From an uncultured Alphaproteobacteria bacterium (lineage in GTDB: Bacteria; Pseudomonadota; Alphaproteobacteria; Sphingomonadales; Sphingomonadaceae), in NCBI GenBank assembly GCA_963703055.1, contig OY969784.1, positions 992,872 through 1,056,871 on the forward strand: a stretch of DNA of 64,000 bases, read 5' to 3'. A program made the position numbers and the translations under genes. Shown piece after piece: positions 40,162-51,307 of this stretch (position 1 is the stretch's first letter; each line of letters starts with the position of its first letter). Under the pieces are notes generated by a model. That model made no database searches. It was given only the letters and a program-made list of their open reading frames with translations, and was not told the origin of the DNA.

Positions 40162-40953
40162 CTAAGCGTTCGCTGGAGCGGGCTGAGGAACTTGAGCCGG
40201 CGCCTTCCCCTGCTGCATCTGTTTGCCGAAGACCGTGCGCATTTCGGCAAGCGAGAATAAATGCGCGTAGATGAGCGGAAGAATGCCGTTCTGGTTCAAC
40301 TTTCGAAGCTCGTCACCGCGCAGATTTCGGATCTTTTCTTCATCGACCATTCGAAAACCACGATAAATGAACGGCTGCTGGTACCCTTCGGGCTGGATTG
40401 CGACCTCGCCGTCCATCAGGAGGTCTCCCTTGGTCAGCTCTTCGACGAGCGCCGCGGTTCTCTGACCGGAGGCCTCAAACTGTTCGCAGAAGTTGAGGAT
40501 CGCCTTGGTCGCTTCGCTCGGTTGATCGTTTTCAAACAGCGCCTGTCCTTCCTCGAACTCACCGACCGCATTGGCCGTCGGATCAAAGCACAGAGAAAGT
40601 TCATCGCTGTCGGGCCGGAGCCGCGCCAGAAGGAAGGGATAGCGTCGGACGTAGGCAGGAACGTAGACGTTGCTGTCCAGCGGGCGGCCATCCGCATCGA
40701 GGTAGACGTTTACACCTTCATTGAGGCCCATAAGGGCGATCGGAATCGGGTTGTCTCCGATCGAAAAGACAATCGGATAGTGCCGCTGGACAAGTGTGAA
40801 CTCATCAACGGTCACAGGAATGGCGTGAGTGCGCGCAACTTGGGGCATGCGGAGCATGGTCCGCACCTTCATTTTTCCATGAACTGCCGCGCTCAGCGGC
40901 TCCACGGTATTATAGAAAAGCGGCAAGCTTTGGTTCGGGGCGGCAGTCGCCAT
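40162..40953 (-). CDS. SapC-family protein
   Basis: LPLFYNTVEPLS...HYPIVF...YVPAYVRRYPF pattern typical of SapC. Confidence 0.75.
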   Translation of the reverse strand: MATAAPNQSLPLFYNTVEPLSAAVHGKMKVRTMLRMPQVARTHAIPVTVDEFTLVQRHYPIVFSIGDNPIPIALMGLNEGVNVYLDADGRPLDSNVYVPAYVRRYPFLLARLRPDSDELSLCFDPTANAVGEFEEGQALFENDQPSEATKAILNFCEQFEASGQRTAALVEELTKGDLLMDGEVAIQPEGYQQPFIYRGFRMVDEEKIRNLRGDELRKLNQNGILPLIYAHLFSLAEMRTVFGKQMQQGKAPAQVPQPAPANA

Positions 40954-41144
40954 CGAAGATCTTCTCCTGGGGTCCGGACTTATGGCCTCGCTCCCGCCAG
41001 CCCGCCGGCAATGATCGACGCGCTCTATTTGCCTTGTTGTCGTTAAGCAAGTCGGCTCCGCTCGATCGCCCGTTCCCGTTGAGTTCATTGATCATTCAAC
41101 GAGCCGCTGCAAATCGCACAATTAATGGCGGCGGGGTTCAATCG

Positions 41145-41576
41145 ATGTCAGTGACGGCGCTGAGTTTCCTGCCGCTCCTGCTTGGCCTGTTCGCTGGTCA
41201 GCCGGGCATCGTCGAGCAGTCGGTCACTCGTATCGTCATTCAGGACGAAGTGATCCTTCGCGTTCCCGTTCTTCCCCATCCACTTTTCCCCCAGTTTGAA
41301 TGGGAGGAGCGCAAGGGCCCGAAGTGCATTCCGACTGCTCAGATTCAGCGCGCGATGCTGTCAGGCTCCGAGCAGGTCGATTTCATCCTCGCCGGTCGAG
41401 GCCGGGTGCGCGCTCAGCTCGATCAGGATTGTCCGGCGCTGGATTTTTATGCTGGGTTTTACCTTCAGCCGCAGGACGACCGACTGTGCGCCCGCCGTGA
41501 TGCCATTCATTCTCGAATGGGAGGGAGCTGTACGATCGAGCGTTTCAACCAGCTCGTTCCGAAGTTCCGCAAATAA
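41145..41576 (+). CDS. hypothetical secreted protein with 4 Cys
   Basis: Signal-like N-terminus (MSVTALSFLPLLLGLFAG) and a coding-like composition. No family recognised. Confidence 0.5.
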   Translation: MSVTALSFLPLLLGLFAGQPGIVEQSVTRIVIQDEVILRVPVLPHPLFPQFEWEERKGPKCIPTAQIQRAMLSGSEQVDFILAGRGRVRAQLDQDCPALDFYAGFYLQPQDDRLCARRDAIHSRMGGSCTIERFNQLVPKFRK

Positions 41577-41713
41577 CATCGGCTGCGCAGGCCCGCGCCC
41601 CGGCCAGTTGGGCATTCGAGGACCTGGGGACCAGTCCACGCATCCGACGATTTTGGGCTAGTCGTCGCTGCCCACCGGTCGCGTTGGAAGGATTAAAAGA
41701 TCGATAGATCGGT

Positions 41714-43081
41714 TCAGCTGCGGCGGAGCGACATCACGACCAGAAGCCCAGGGTCGTAGTCCTCGAGTTCGATGTCACCGCCATGCATTCGTGCGACCGC
41801 CCGGGCGAGCGCAAGTCCAAGTCCGGTGCCCTCGGTTGTCCTAGATTCTTCGAGGCGGCGGTATTTGTCGAGCGCGTGCTCGCGCAGATTCCTTGGAATT
41901 CCGGGCCCGCGATCGCCAACACGAAGTTCAATCAGCGACCCTTTGTCCACCGCATCGAGCGTGATTTCGCCTCCCCCATATTTCACCGAGTTTTCAACCA
42001 GATTTGCAACCGCCCGGCCAATCGACTGGCGATTGCCGACATATGCGAGGATTTTGGGGCCTTGGACCCTGATCTTCATTCCCTGTTCTTCGGCAATGGG
42101 ATTATAAATCTCGCTGATGTCGCAGAGTAGCTGCGCGAGATCGAACTCTTCGAAATCCTGTTTCCCGGCACCGGCCTCGGTACTGCTGATTTCGAGCGTC
42201 GCCGAAATCAATCGAAGCATTCGATCGATGTCGAGCGAAACCGCTTCCAGTGCCAGCTGCCGCCTTTCGACCTCACTTCCTTCTGCTGCGCGTTCGATAT
42301 TTGCGCGCATTCGGGTGAGGGGCGAGCGCAAATCGTGAGCAAGGGAGTCTGTGATGAGCTTTAGCTGCTCGACCAGCTCCTCGATCCGCTCGAGCATGGC
42401 GTTGATCGCTTCGGCGAGCATCGAAAACTCCTCGCCTCCGGTGGCCTCGTCGAGACGATGGCTGAAATCCCCCGCCGCAATCCGACTTGCGACGTTTGCA
42501 ACTGCGCGTGCTCGCCGCTGCGCGACTTTGAGAACGATCCAGCCTCCAATGAGCCCAAGCGGGATCGAAAGAAGAAGAGCCCCAAGCAAAGCTTCGACAA
42601 GCGAAGCACGCATCCGCTCGCGATCGTCGATCGTTGTTCCCACAAGCAATCGCTGACCCGACGCAAGTGCGGTTGTTCGGATTGCGAATAGCTCCGGTCT
42701 GACCTGGCCTTCGGGATAGAGGCGGATCTCGCTCCACGGCGAAGGGGTCTGCAAAACAGGAGGCCAGCCGGCAAGATTTCCGGCAAGCTTGCGGCCGGTG
42801 GCGTTGACGATCAGCGCAACTCCATTTCTGAGTTCGCCGGTCCGGATTGCCTGGTCGATCTGACCCGAAACCTGGTCTGCTCGATCGTTCGAATAATCAG
42901 TGATGATCGCGCGCTGTTCATCGTCAAGGCGATCGCGAATTCGCTGCTCGAACAAGGCGTCCGTCTGGTTATAGACAAACAAAAGGACCGGCAGGGTCGT
43001 TAGCAAACTGAGCAAAAGCGAAATCAGCGCCACCCGAATTGGGGCCGGGAGACGCACACGAAGCGCCGAAAAGTCGCTCAA
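41714..43081 (-). CDS. sensor histidine kinase (2 TM, HAMP, HisKA, HATPase_c)
   Basis: H-box SLAHDLRSPLT, N/G boxes (NLVENSVKYG, GDRGPGIP, GTGLGLA). Confidence 0.9.
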   Translation of the reverse strand: MSDFSALRVRLPAPIRVALISLLLSLLTTLPVLLFVYNQTDALFEQRIRDRLDDEQRAIITDYSNDRADQVSGQIDQAIRTGELRNGVALIVNATGRKLAGNLAGWPPVLQTPSPWSEIRLYPEGQVRPELFAIRTTALASGQRLLVGTTIDDRERMRASLVEALLGALLLSIPLGLIGGWIVLKVAQRRARAVANVASRIAAGDFSHRLDEATGGEEFSMLAEAINAMLERIEELVEQLKLITDSLAHDLRSPLTRMRANIERAAEGSEVERRQLALEAVSLDIDRMLRLISATLEISSTEAGAGKQDFEEFDLAQLLCDISEIYNPIAEEQGMKIRVQGPKILAYVGNRQSIGRAVANLVENSVKYGGGEITLDAVDKGSLIELRVGDRGPGIPRNLREHALDKYRRLEESRTTEGTGLGLALARAVARMHGGDIELEDYDPGLLVVMSLRRS

Positions 43082-43767
43082 GCCGTCTCGCTCAACATAT
43101 ATCCGACACCCCGGACCGTATGAAGGAGTGGAATTGGAGCGCCTTCGTCAATCTTCTTTCGAAGTCGGCTGATGTGAACGTCGATCACGTTTGTTCCGGG
43201 ATCGAAGTGATAGTCCCAAACTTCTTCGAGCATCATGGTTCGCGTGACGACCTGCCCCCTGTTGCGAAGAAGCAGCTCGAGCAGTCGGAACTCCCTCGGC
43301 TGAAGATCGACGCGTGCACCATCACGCTCGACCCTTCGGGCAAGGAGGTCCATTGTGAGATCTCCGCACCGAAGCTTCGTAACGATTGGCTGGGCTCCGG
43401 AAGCTCCCCTGCGCTGAAGCGCCTCGACCCGTGCGAGAAGCTCCGAAAAGGAAAAGGGCTTGGCGAGATAATCGTCCGACCCGCTCTTCAATCCCTTTAC
43501 GCGCTCATCCGTTGAACCGAGCGCCGACAAGACAATGACCGGGGTGTCGATGCCAGCCGCTCGAACGGCACCAAGTAAGGCAAGGCCGTCGATCCCGGGA
43601 AGCATTCGATCGAGCACTATTGCCGCATAATTGCCGTCAGTCGCGTGGAACAGCCCATCGCGACCATCGCTTGCAACGTCGACGACATAGCCATTCTGTT
43701 CAAACCCCTTGGCAATATAGTCGGCCGTGGTTGGGTCATCTTCAACGACGAGGATCTTCTTCGTCAC
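43078..43767 (-). CDS. OmpR-family response regulator
   Basis: KILVVEDD..VLDRMLPGIDG..KPF receiver plus LQPREFRLLELL..VDVHISRLRKKID wHTH. GTG start at 43767, TTGA overlap with the kinase. Confidence 0.9.
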   Translation of the reverse strand: MTKKILVVEDDPTTADYIAKGFEQNGYVVDVASDGRDGLFHATDGNYAAIVLDRMLPGIDGLALLGAVRAAGIDTPVIVLSALGSTDERVKGLKSGSDDYLAKPFSFSELLARVEALQRRGASGAQPIVTKLRCGDLTMDLLARRVERDGARVDLQPREFRLLELLLRNRGQVVTRTMMLEEVWDYHFDPGTNVIDVHISRLRKKIDEGAPIPLLHTVRGVGYMLSETA

Positions 43768-43792
43768 GGGCGCTCCTTCGCTTGCCACCGGG

Positions 43793-44239
43793 TCACGCGT
43801 GAATATTCGCCCGCGATACCGGAATTTCGAGCGTGAGCCGGCTTCCGTGGCGGTTGATAGCGATCTCGGTCGGATCCGTCGCCACCGCGTCGATTGCGGC
43901 ATCGAGATTTGAAGCATCTTCGCCGTCGACTTTCTCGACAACATCACCGACCCGAAGTCCGGCGACGGAGGCCCGCCCGCCAGCCGCAACGCTGGTGACC
44001 ACCATCTCGTCGGCATGCGTTCCGCCGCCAAGGGTTCGGGCAGATTGAGCATCGAGGGGTTCGACGGTTGCTCCAAGCGTATTGTCGAGCTTCAATAGGC
44101 TCTTGGCATGGGGCGATGCGGGGGTTTCGAAATTCAGTTGCCTCAAAACCAAAATCAGAGCGACGAACAAAAGGGCGCAGACGAAGAAAATGGCGAGGCC
44201 CGAAATCGCGCGTCGGGAATAATGATCGGTCCTGTCCAT
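43793..44239 (-). CDS. membrane-anchored PDZ-domain protein
   Basis: One N-terminal TM, then the PDZ core (VVTSVAAGGRASVAGLRVGDVVEKVDG). It lies 25 bp upstream of the response regulator on the same strand. Confidence 0.7.
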   Translation of the reverse strand: MDRTDHYSRRAISGLAIFFVCALLFVALILVLRQLNFETPASPHAKSLLKLDNTLGATVEPLDAQSARTLGGGTHADEMVVTSVAAGGRASVAGLRVGDVVEKVDGEDASNLDAAIDAVATDPTEIAINRHGSRLTLEIPVSRANIHA

Positions 44240-44451
44240 TTCCCTATCAGGGACCAGTCCGTCTCTCGCGCAAGAATGCGCGAGATGAAAAATGCGTAAT
44301 GTGCTCAGAAATCAAAATTTTGCCCCGCTGCTCGAAAACTTGGATTTTTGCACTCGAGCACCCATTTCTTGACAAGTCCAAGCGTGTCGCACACGCAGCT
44401 TTTGAGCTGGCGATGCGCTTTAGCGACGTCACCCCTAATCCGGAAGATTGA

Positions 44452-45726
44452 ATGACTTTTGCCGATCTCGGCCTTTCCGACGAATTGCTCCGCGTCGTTA
44501 CCGACAGCGGATACAACGAGCCAACTCCGATCCAGTCCGCCGCAATCCCGTCTGTTCTCATGGGTCGCGACCTTGTTGGGATTGCCCAAACCGGAACAGG
44601 CAAGACGGCTGGTTTCGTCCTCCCGATGATCGATATTCTGCACCACGGCAGAAGTCGTGCGCGAATGCCTCGCTCCCTCATTCTCGAGCCCACGCGCGAG
44701 CTTGCAATGCAAGTCGCTGAGAATTTCGAGAAATATGGCAAATATCATCCGCTCTCGATGGCCCTTCTCATCGGGGGCGTTCAAATGGGAGACCAGATCG
44801 CAGCGCTTGAAAAGGGCGTCGACGTCCTCATTGCAACGCCAGGCCGTCTTCTCGATCTGTTCGGCCGAGGCAAAATTCTGCTCACTGGGTGCGGACTTCT
44901 CGTCATCGACGAGGCCGACAGAATGCTCGACATGGGCTTCATTCCCGACATCGAAGAAATTTGTTCAAAACTCCCCAAGACGAGACAAACTCTCCTGTTT
45001 TCGGCAACCATGCCACCGCCGATCGAGAAGTTGGCTTCAAAATTTCTAAGAGAACCCAAGCGCGTTGAGGTTGCGCGCCCTGCGACCGCCAATATCAACA
45101 TCGATCAGCGAGTGATCACGGTTGCCGGACCCAAGAGGACCGACTTGCTCAAAGACCTTCTCAAAGGCGGCGAGATCAAGAACGCGATCGTTTTTTGCAA
45201 CCGCAAAACCAGTGTTCGCGAGCTTGCTGGCAACCTTAAGCGTGCGCATCTCAAAGTCGGCCAAATTCACGGCGACATGGACCAGTCCGAGCGCATTGCA
45301 GAATTCGATCAATTCAAGCGCGACGAAATTAATATTCTTGTCGCGTCGGATGTCGCTGCCCGCGGGCTCGATGTGAAAGGCGTCAGCCACGTTTTCAATT
45401 TCGACGTGCCGTGGCAACCCGACGATTATGTCCATCGTATCGGACGCACCGGCCGGGCTGGCGCAAAGGGCATTGCGATCACCTTCGCCTCCAAAGACGA
45501 TGCCGAACTGATCGAGCGCATCGAAAAGCTGACCGGACAGAAGATTTCGCCCATGTCGGGACCTTCAAAATCCAATGTTCCCGAAGTCAAGGACGTCGAA
45601 CCTCGAGCCGAAGCTCCGACCCCCAAAAAGACCCGAGCGAAAGTCGAACAGTCGTCTGTCGTTGAAGATTTGAAAGCGGAATGGAACGGGCCGCTCCCAA
45701 ATTTCCTTTCGGTAAGCGCGGGCTAG
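44452..45726 (+). CDS. rhlE: DEAD-box ATP-dependent RNA helicase (RhlE-like)
   Basis: Q-motif region, AQTGTGKT, DEAD, SAT, HRIGRTGRAG. Confidence 0.9.
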   Translation: MTFADLGLSDELLRVVTDSGYNEPTPIQSAAIPSVLMGRDLVGIAQTGTGKTAGFVLPMIDILHHGRSRARMPRSLILEPTRELAMQVAENFEKYGKYHPLSMALLIGGVQMGDQIAALEKGVDVLIATPGRLLDLFGRGKILLTGCGLLVIDEADRMLDMGFIPDIEEICSKLPKTRQTLLFSATMPPPIEKLASKFLREPKRVEVARPATANINIDQRVITVAGPKRTDLLKDLLKGGEIKNAIVFCNRKTSVRELAGNLKRAHLKVGQIHGDMDQSERIAEFDQFKRDEINILVASDVAARGLDVKGVSHVFNFDVPWQPDDYVHRIGRTGRAGAKGIAITFASKDDAELIERIEKLTGQKISPMSGPSKSNVPEVKDVEPRAEAPTPKKTRAKVEQSSVVEDLKAEWNGPLPNFLSVSAG

Positions 45727-45836
45727 TTCGAGCGGCACCGGCGCTCGCGAGCCCGGCCACATTTTTGACACTGGAAACCTCAACCCGTCGTTCCTAGCTC
45801 CGGGCTCCTCCAGGCTCGAACGAAGGACCAAGGACA

Positions 45837-46720
45837 ATGACCGATTACGTGCCCCCCAAGGTGTGGACTTGGGAGCAGCCCAGCGGAGGTCAGTTCGCAA
45901 GTATCAATCGACCCGTCGCAGGCGCAACGCACGAGAAGACCCTTCCCATTGGTGGTCATCCCTTCCAGCTCTATTCGCTTGCGACTCCCAACGGGCAGAA
46001 GGTCTCGATCATGTTCGAGGAGCTGCTCGAAAAGGGGCACACGAAGGCACAATATGATGCCTGGCCAATCAGGATCGGCGAAGGCGAACAATTTTCGAGC
46101 GGCTTTGTCGACGCCAATCCGAACAGCAAGATTCCAGCGCTTGTCGACCGCAGCGGGAACGAGCCCATCCGAGTCTTTGAGTCTGGAGCGATCCTTGTTC
46201 ATTTGGCCGAAAAATTCGGAGAATTTCTGCCGCGATCGGGAAGCGGACGGGCGGAAACCTTGTCCTGGCTCTTTTGGCAAATGGGAAGCGCGCCATTTCT
46301 AGGTGGCGGATTTGGTCATTTCTTCGCCTACGCGCCGGAGAAGTTCGAATATGCGATCAATCGCTATGCGATGGAAGCAAAGCGGCAATTCGACGTCCTC
46401 AACCGTCGACTTTCGAATAACCGCTTTATTGCAGGCGACGACTATACGATTGCCGATATCGCGATCTGGCCGTGGTACGGTGGCGTTGCTCTTGGTCGAA
46501 CCTATGAAGGTGCGAACGTCTTTCTTTCGACGGACGAATTTGAGCATGTCATGCGCTGGGCAAAAGCGATCGATGATCGCCCGGCAGTCAAACGCGGCCG
46601 TATCGTCAACAAACTGAGCGGGCCAGCGTCCGAGCAGCTCCATGAGAGGCACGACGCCAGCGATTTTCAATTGAGAACGCAGGACAAGCTTGATCGCCAA
46701 GCGATCGAAGACGACGCGAT

Positions 46721-46724
<4 letters not shown>
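45837..46724 (+). CDS. yghU: Nu-class glutathione S-transferase homologue (YghU-like)
   Basis: PPKVWTWEQPSGGQFASINRPVAG...QLYSLATPNGQKV is a typical YghU N-terminus. Confidence 0.85.
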
Positions 46725-47939
<1,215 letters not shown>

Positions 47940-48055
47940 TCACTCGAAGTCCATCCGCTTCGATTTTTCGATAAAAGCTTGGCGTTGAACGGGCGTTCCA
48001 GATTTTGACGCCTGCGGGATCTTTCCAACAGCAAATGGCCTGTTAGACCGCCGCT

Positions 48056-49054
48056 ATGCCCCGCGTCGATGATTTCGAAAAATTCCTTTTCATTGTTGGA
48101 GCGCCTCGCTCCGGAACGACCACCATGGCGCGAATGCTTCAGGCACATCCTCAAGTCACCTTTCCGTTCGTCAAGGAACCGCACTTCTTCTCCCAGCACG
48201 ATCTTCGTGGGCTTGGTGAACCGGAACTCAAAAGCCGTGTCGAAGATGATTATCTCGACCATTTCTTTTCCAACGCCGATCCCGCTCGCGCTACCGGAGC
48301 CGATGGTTCGGTTTCCTACCTCTACGCACCCGAACAGTTGGAACCGGTTTTAAAGCTCTGGCCGAATTCACGGTTCGTCGTTGGCGTTCGCGATCCAATG
48401 TCGCTCCTCCCGTCGCTTCACAAGCGGCTCTTGTTCACGGGTGATGAAAGTCTGTCGCGTTTCGAAGACGCCTGGGCGGCTGTTCCGGATCGGGCGGCCG
48501 GTCGCCGAATTCCATGGAGCACCATCGATCCGCGCTGGCTGCGCTATGACGAGGCGGCCCGATTTGCGACCTACGTCGAGCGATTGTTCAAAACCGTCGG
48601 GAAGGAACGCTGCCTTGTGATGGTCTTTGACGATCTCGTTCGAAACCCGGCAGAGCAGCACCGGCGATTGATCGCATTTTCGGGACTTAAGGAGGTCCCT
48701 TCGCCCGAAATCAAGGCCGAGCGTGCAGGAAAAGCGATCCGCTATCCCTGGCTTCAACAAATGCTGAGGAGGCCCCCACGGGCACTACTCCCGTATTTTT
48801 CGAGCTCGAGATACCGCGGCCGGTTCAAGAAGGGTTTGTGGAATTCCGAAGACGAAAAGTCCAATCCAAGAAGGCCGCTGTCAATCCGCAAGCGATTGCT
48901 CCTCTGGAACAAGATTCCCGACGAGAAACAGCCAGTTCCCGTCAACGTTCAGCGCGCCATTCAGGCGCATTATCAGGAAGAGGTCGATCGGCTCGGAGGT
49001 TTGATCGGTCGCGATCTCAGTCATTGGCTCAAGGTCGCAGACTTGTCCGTTTGA
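48056..49054 (+). CDS. sulfotransferase-family protein
   Basis: 5'-PSB-like loop GAPRSGTTT near the N-terminus, and RDP in VGVRDPMS (3'-PB-like). Confidence 0.75.
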   Translation: MPRVDDFEKFLFIVGAPRSGTTTMARMLQAHPQVTFPFVKEPHFFSQHDLRGLGEPELKSRVEDDYLDHFFSNADPARATGADGSVSYLYAPEQLEPVLKLWPNSRFVVGVRDPMSLLPSLHKRLLFTGDESLSRFEDAWAAVPDRAAGRRIPWSTIDPRWLRYDEAARFATYVERLFKTVGKERCLVMVFDDLVRNPAEQHRRLIAFSGLKEVPSPEIKAERAGKAIRYPWLQQMLRRPPRALLPYFSSSRYRGRFKKGLWNSEDEKSNPRRPLSIRKRLLLWNKIPDEKQPVPVNVQRAIQAHYQEEVDRLGGLIGRDLSHWLKVADLSV

Positions 49055-50082
49055 GGGAGGGAATGAGCAGGCTTAAATCGCCATAGGAATAGAAACGATA
49101 CCCCGCCTCGATCGCGTGCCTGTAGGCGTGTTGCATGACTTCCAGGCCCATGAAGGCGCTGACAAGCATGAAAAGCGTCGAGCGGGGAAGATGGAAGTTG
49201 GTGATCAGCCCATCGATCGCCCTGAACTGGTAGCCCGGAGTGATGAAGATCGAAGTATCGCCTTCGAACGCACGAATTGTTCCGCCCTCCCCTGTTGCGC
49301 TTTCCAGCAGGCGAAGAGTGGTGGTTCCAACCGCGATCAGCCGGCCTCCCGAGCGGCGAACGGCGTTTAGTCGATCAGCTGTCGGCTGATCGATCCGACC
49401 CCATTCGGAATGCATGACATGATCTTCGGTGCGTTCGCTTTTCACTGGAAGGAACGTCCCGGCGCCGACGTGGAGAGTTAGTGTTTCGCGGGCAATCTTT
49501 CGACGATCTAAGTCATTAAGAAGGTGCGGCGTGAAGTGGAGTGCGGCCGTTGGCGCAGCAACGGCTCCTTCCTCCTTTGCAAAGATTGTTTGATAATCCT
49601 CGACATCGGCTTCATCGATCTCGCGCCGGGCAGCGATATAGGGCGGAAGGGGCATTCTCCCGGCGCGCTCGAGCAAAAGTTCGACCGGGTCCTCGCCATC
49701 GAATTTGAGCAGCACTGACCCATCGCAATCCTTCGCTTCGACACGTGCAGAGACGCCATTTCCAAACTGGATCGCGTCGTCGGGCCGAACGCGTTTTGCG
49801 TTTCTCAGAAACGCCTTCCAGGAACGCGCACCGACGCGCTTGTGCAAGGTTGCGCCGATTTTCTGCGTCCCCTCGCCGGCCTTCGAGCTGTGCAGGAATA
49901 ACCTTGGTGTCGTTGAAAACGAGAACGTCTCCAGGAGAGAGCAATTCGGGGAGCTCAGTCATGCGACGATCCGAAAGGCTCATATTCTCGACAAGGAGTA
50001 AGCGAGCGCTGTCGCGAGGCCGGGCGGGTCTCAACGCAATCCGTTCGGATGGAAGATCGAAATCAAAATCGGCTACGCGCAT
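49029..50082 (-). pseudogene. queA: S-adenosylmethionine:tRNA ribosyltransferase-isomerase, +1 frameshift near 49859-49862
   Basis: [37 protein letters not shown], then [40 protein letters not shown] in the next frame. The span is 1054 nt (3n+1). Confidence 0.9.
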
Positions 50083-50191
50083 TGCGCGCTCGTCCTTGGA
50101 TCGAGCCGCCTGCCGATACAAGCCGGCCTTGACCCTCTCATCCAATGCGCATTCGCTGAACCACGATCGCACGCCCTCAAAGCAAAAGCGT

Positions 50192-50764
50192 TCAGCCTCC
50201 GAGATAGGCTTTGACAATTTTCGTCGGATTTTCCGGTGGCTCTCCAGGAGCAATCGTGTCGATCACGTTCATCCCTTTCACCACCCGTCCAATGACCGTG
50301 TAGTTGCCATCGAGGCTGTCGTTTGTTGCGAACATGATGAAGAACTGACTGTTGGCACTGTCAGGATCTTCAGCCCTCGCCGCTCCAACCGTCCCTCGAA
50401 GGAACGGAACCGAGGTAAATTCTGCCTTGAGATCGGGAAGATTTGAGCCGCCCTTCCCGGTTCCGGTCGGATCACCGCTCTGTGCCATGAAACCGGGTAC
50501 CACGCGGTGAAAAATCAGCCCATTATAGAAGCCCCTTCGCACCAAGGTCTGGATCTGTGCGATATGGTGCGGAGCAAGGTCGGGCCGAAGGACGATTTCG
50601 ACAGTTCCACCGTTCGAAAGATCGAGAAACAGATGGTTCGCGGGATTGGCAGCAACCGCATCAGGAGCGACAATGCTTGGCGCTTCAGGAGCAACCACGG
50701 GCGGTCGAGCAGCTGCAACGAGAAGTGCCGCAATCGGCAGCGAAAATAGAAGTCTATTCAGCAT
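50192..50764 (-). CDS. periplasmic cyclophilin-type peptidyl-prolyl isomerase
   Basis: Signal peptide plus [22 protein letters not shown] motifs. Confidence 0.9.
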   Translation of the reverse strand: MLNRLLFSLPIAALLVAAARPPVVAPEAPSIVAPDAVAANPANHLFLDLSNGGTVEIVLRPDLAPHHIAQIQTLVRRGFYNGLIFHRVVPGFMAQSGDPTGTGKGGSNLPDLKAEFTSVPFLRGTVGAARAEDPDSANSQFFIMFATNDSLDGNYTVIGRVVKGMNVIDTIAPGEPPENPTKIVKAYLGG

Positions 50765-50821
50765 GTGCGCTCCCCCGTGGCTCGTTCCTGATGCCGTTAG
50801 TGACAGCTCGTGAGCTCGTTA

Positions 50822-51307
50822 TCAGCCACCGTTGAGGTGGCGCCGGACATCGTCCGCAACGGTCGAGGTTACGAATTTGTCGATCGAACCTCCGAACCGC
50901 GCGATTTCTTTGACGAGCTTCGAGGCAATCGGCTGAAGCGAAACGTCGGCCATCAGGAATATGGTTTCGATCCGGTCATTCAACTGCTGGTTCATTCCCG
51001 CCATCTGGAACTCATATTCGAAGTCCGCGACGGCCCTCAGACCGCGAAGAATCATTGATGCTCCCTGTTGCTCGGCAAAATTCATCAGCAGCGAATCAAA
51101 TTCGACGACTTCGATATTGCCACTCACTTCGGCAATCTCGCGACGAACCATTTCAAGCCGCTGTGCAACCGTGAACATCGGCTCTTTGGAAGGGTTGGTC
51201 GTCACTCCGATGACGAGCTTGTCGACAAGGTGTGCACCGCGCCGAATGATGTCGAGATGCCCGAGCGTAATCGGATCGAACGTGCCGGGATAAACTGCGA
51301 TCTTCAT
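50822..51307 (-). CDS. coaD: phosphopantetheine adenylyltransferase
   Basis: KIAVYPGTFDPITLGHLDII. TGATG overlap with the ispA stop. Confidence 0.93.
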   Translation of the reverse strand: MKIAVYPGTFDPITLGHLDIIRRGAHLVDKLVIGVTTNPSKEPMFTVAQRLEMVRREIAEVSGNIEVVEFDSLLMNFAEQQGASMILRGLRAVADFEYEFQMAGMNQQLNDRIETIFLMADVSLQPIASKLVKEIARFGGSIDKFVTSTVADDVRRHLNGG

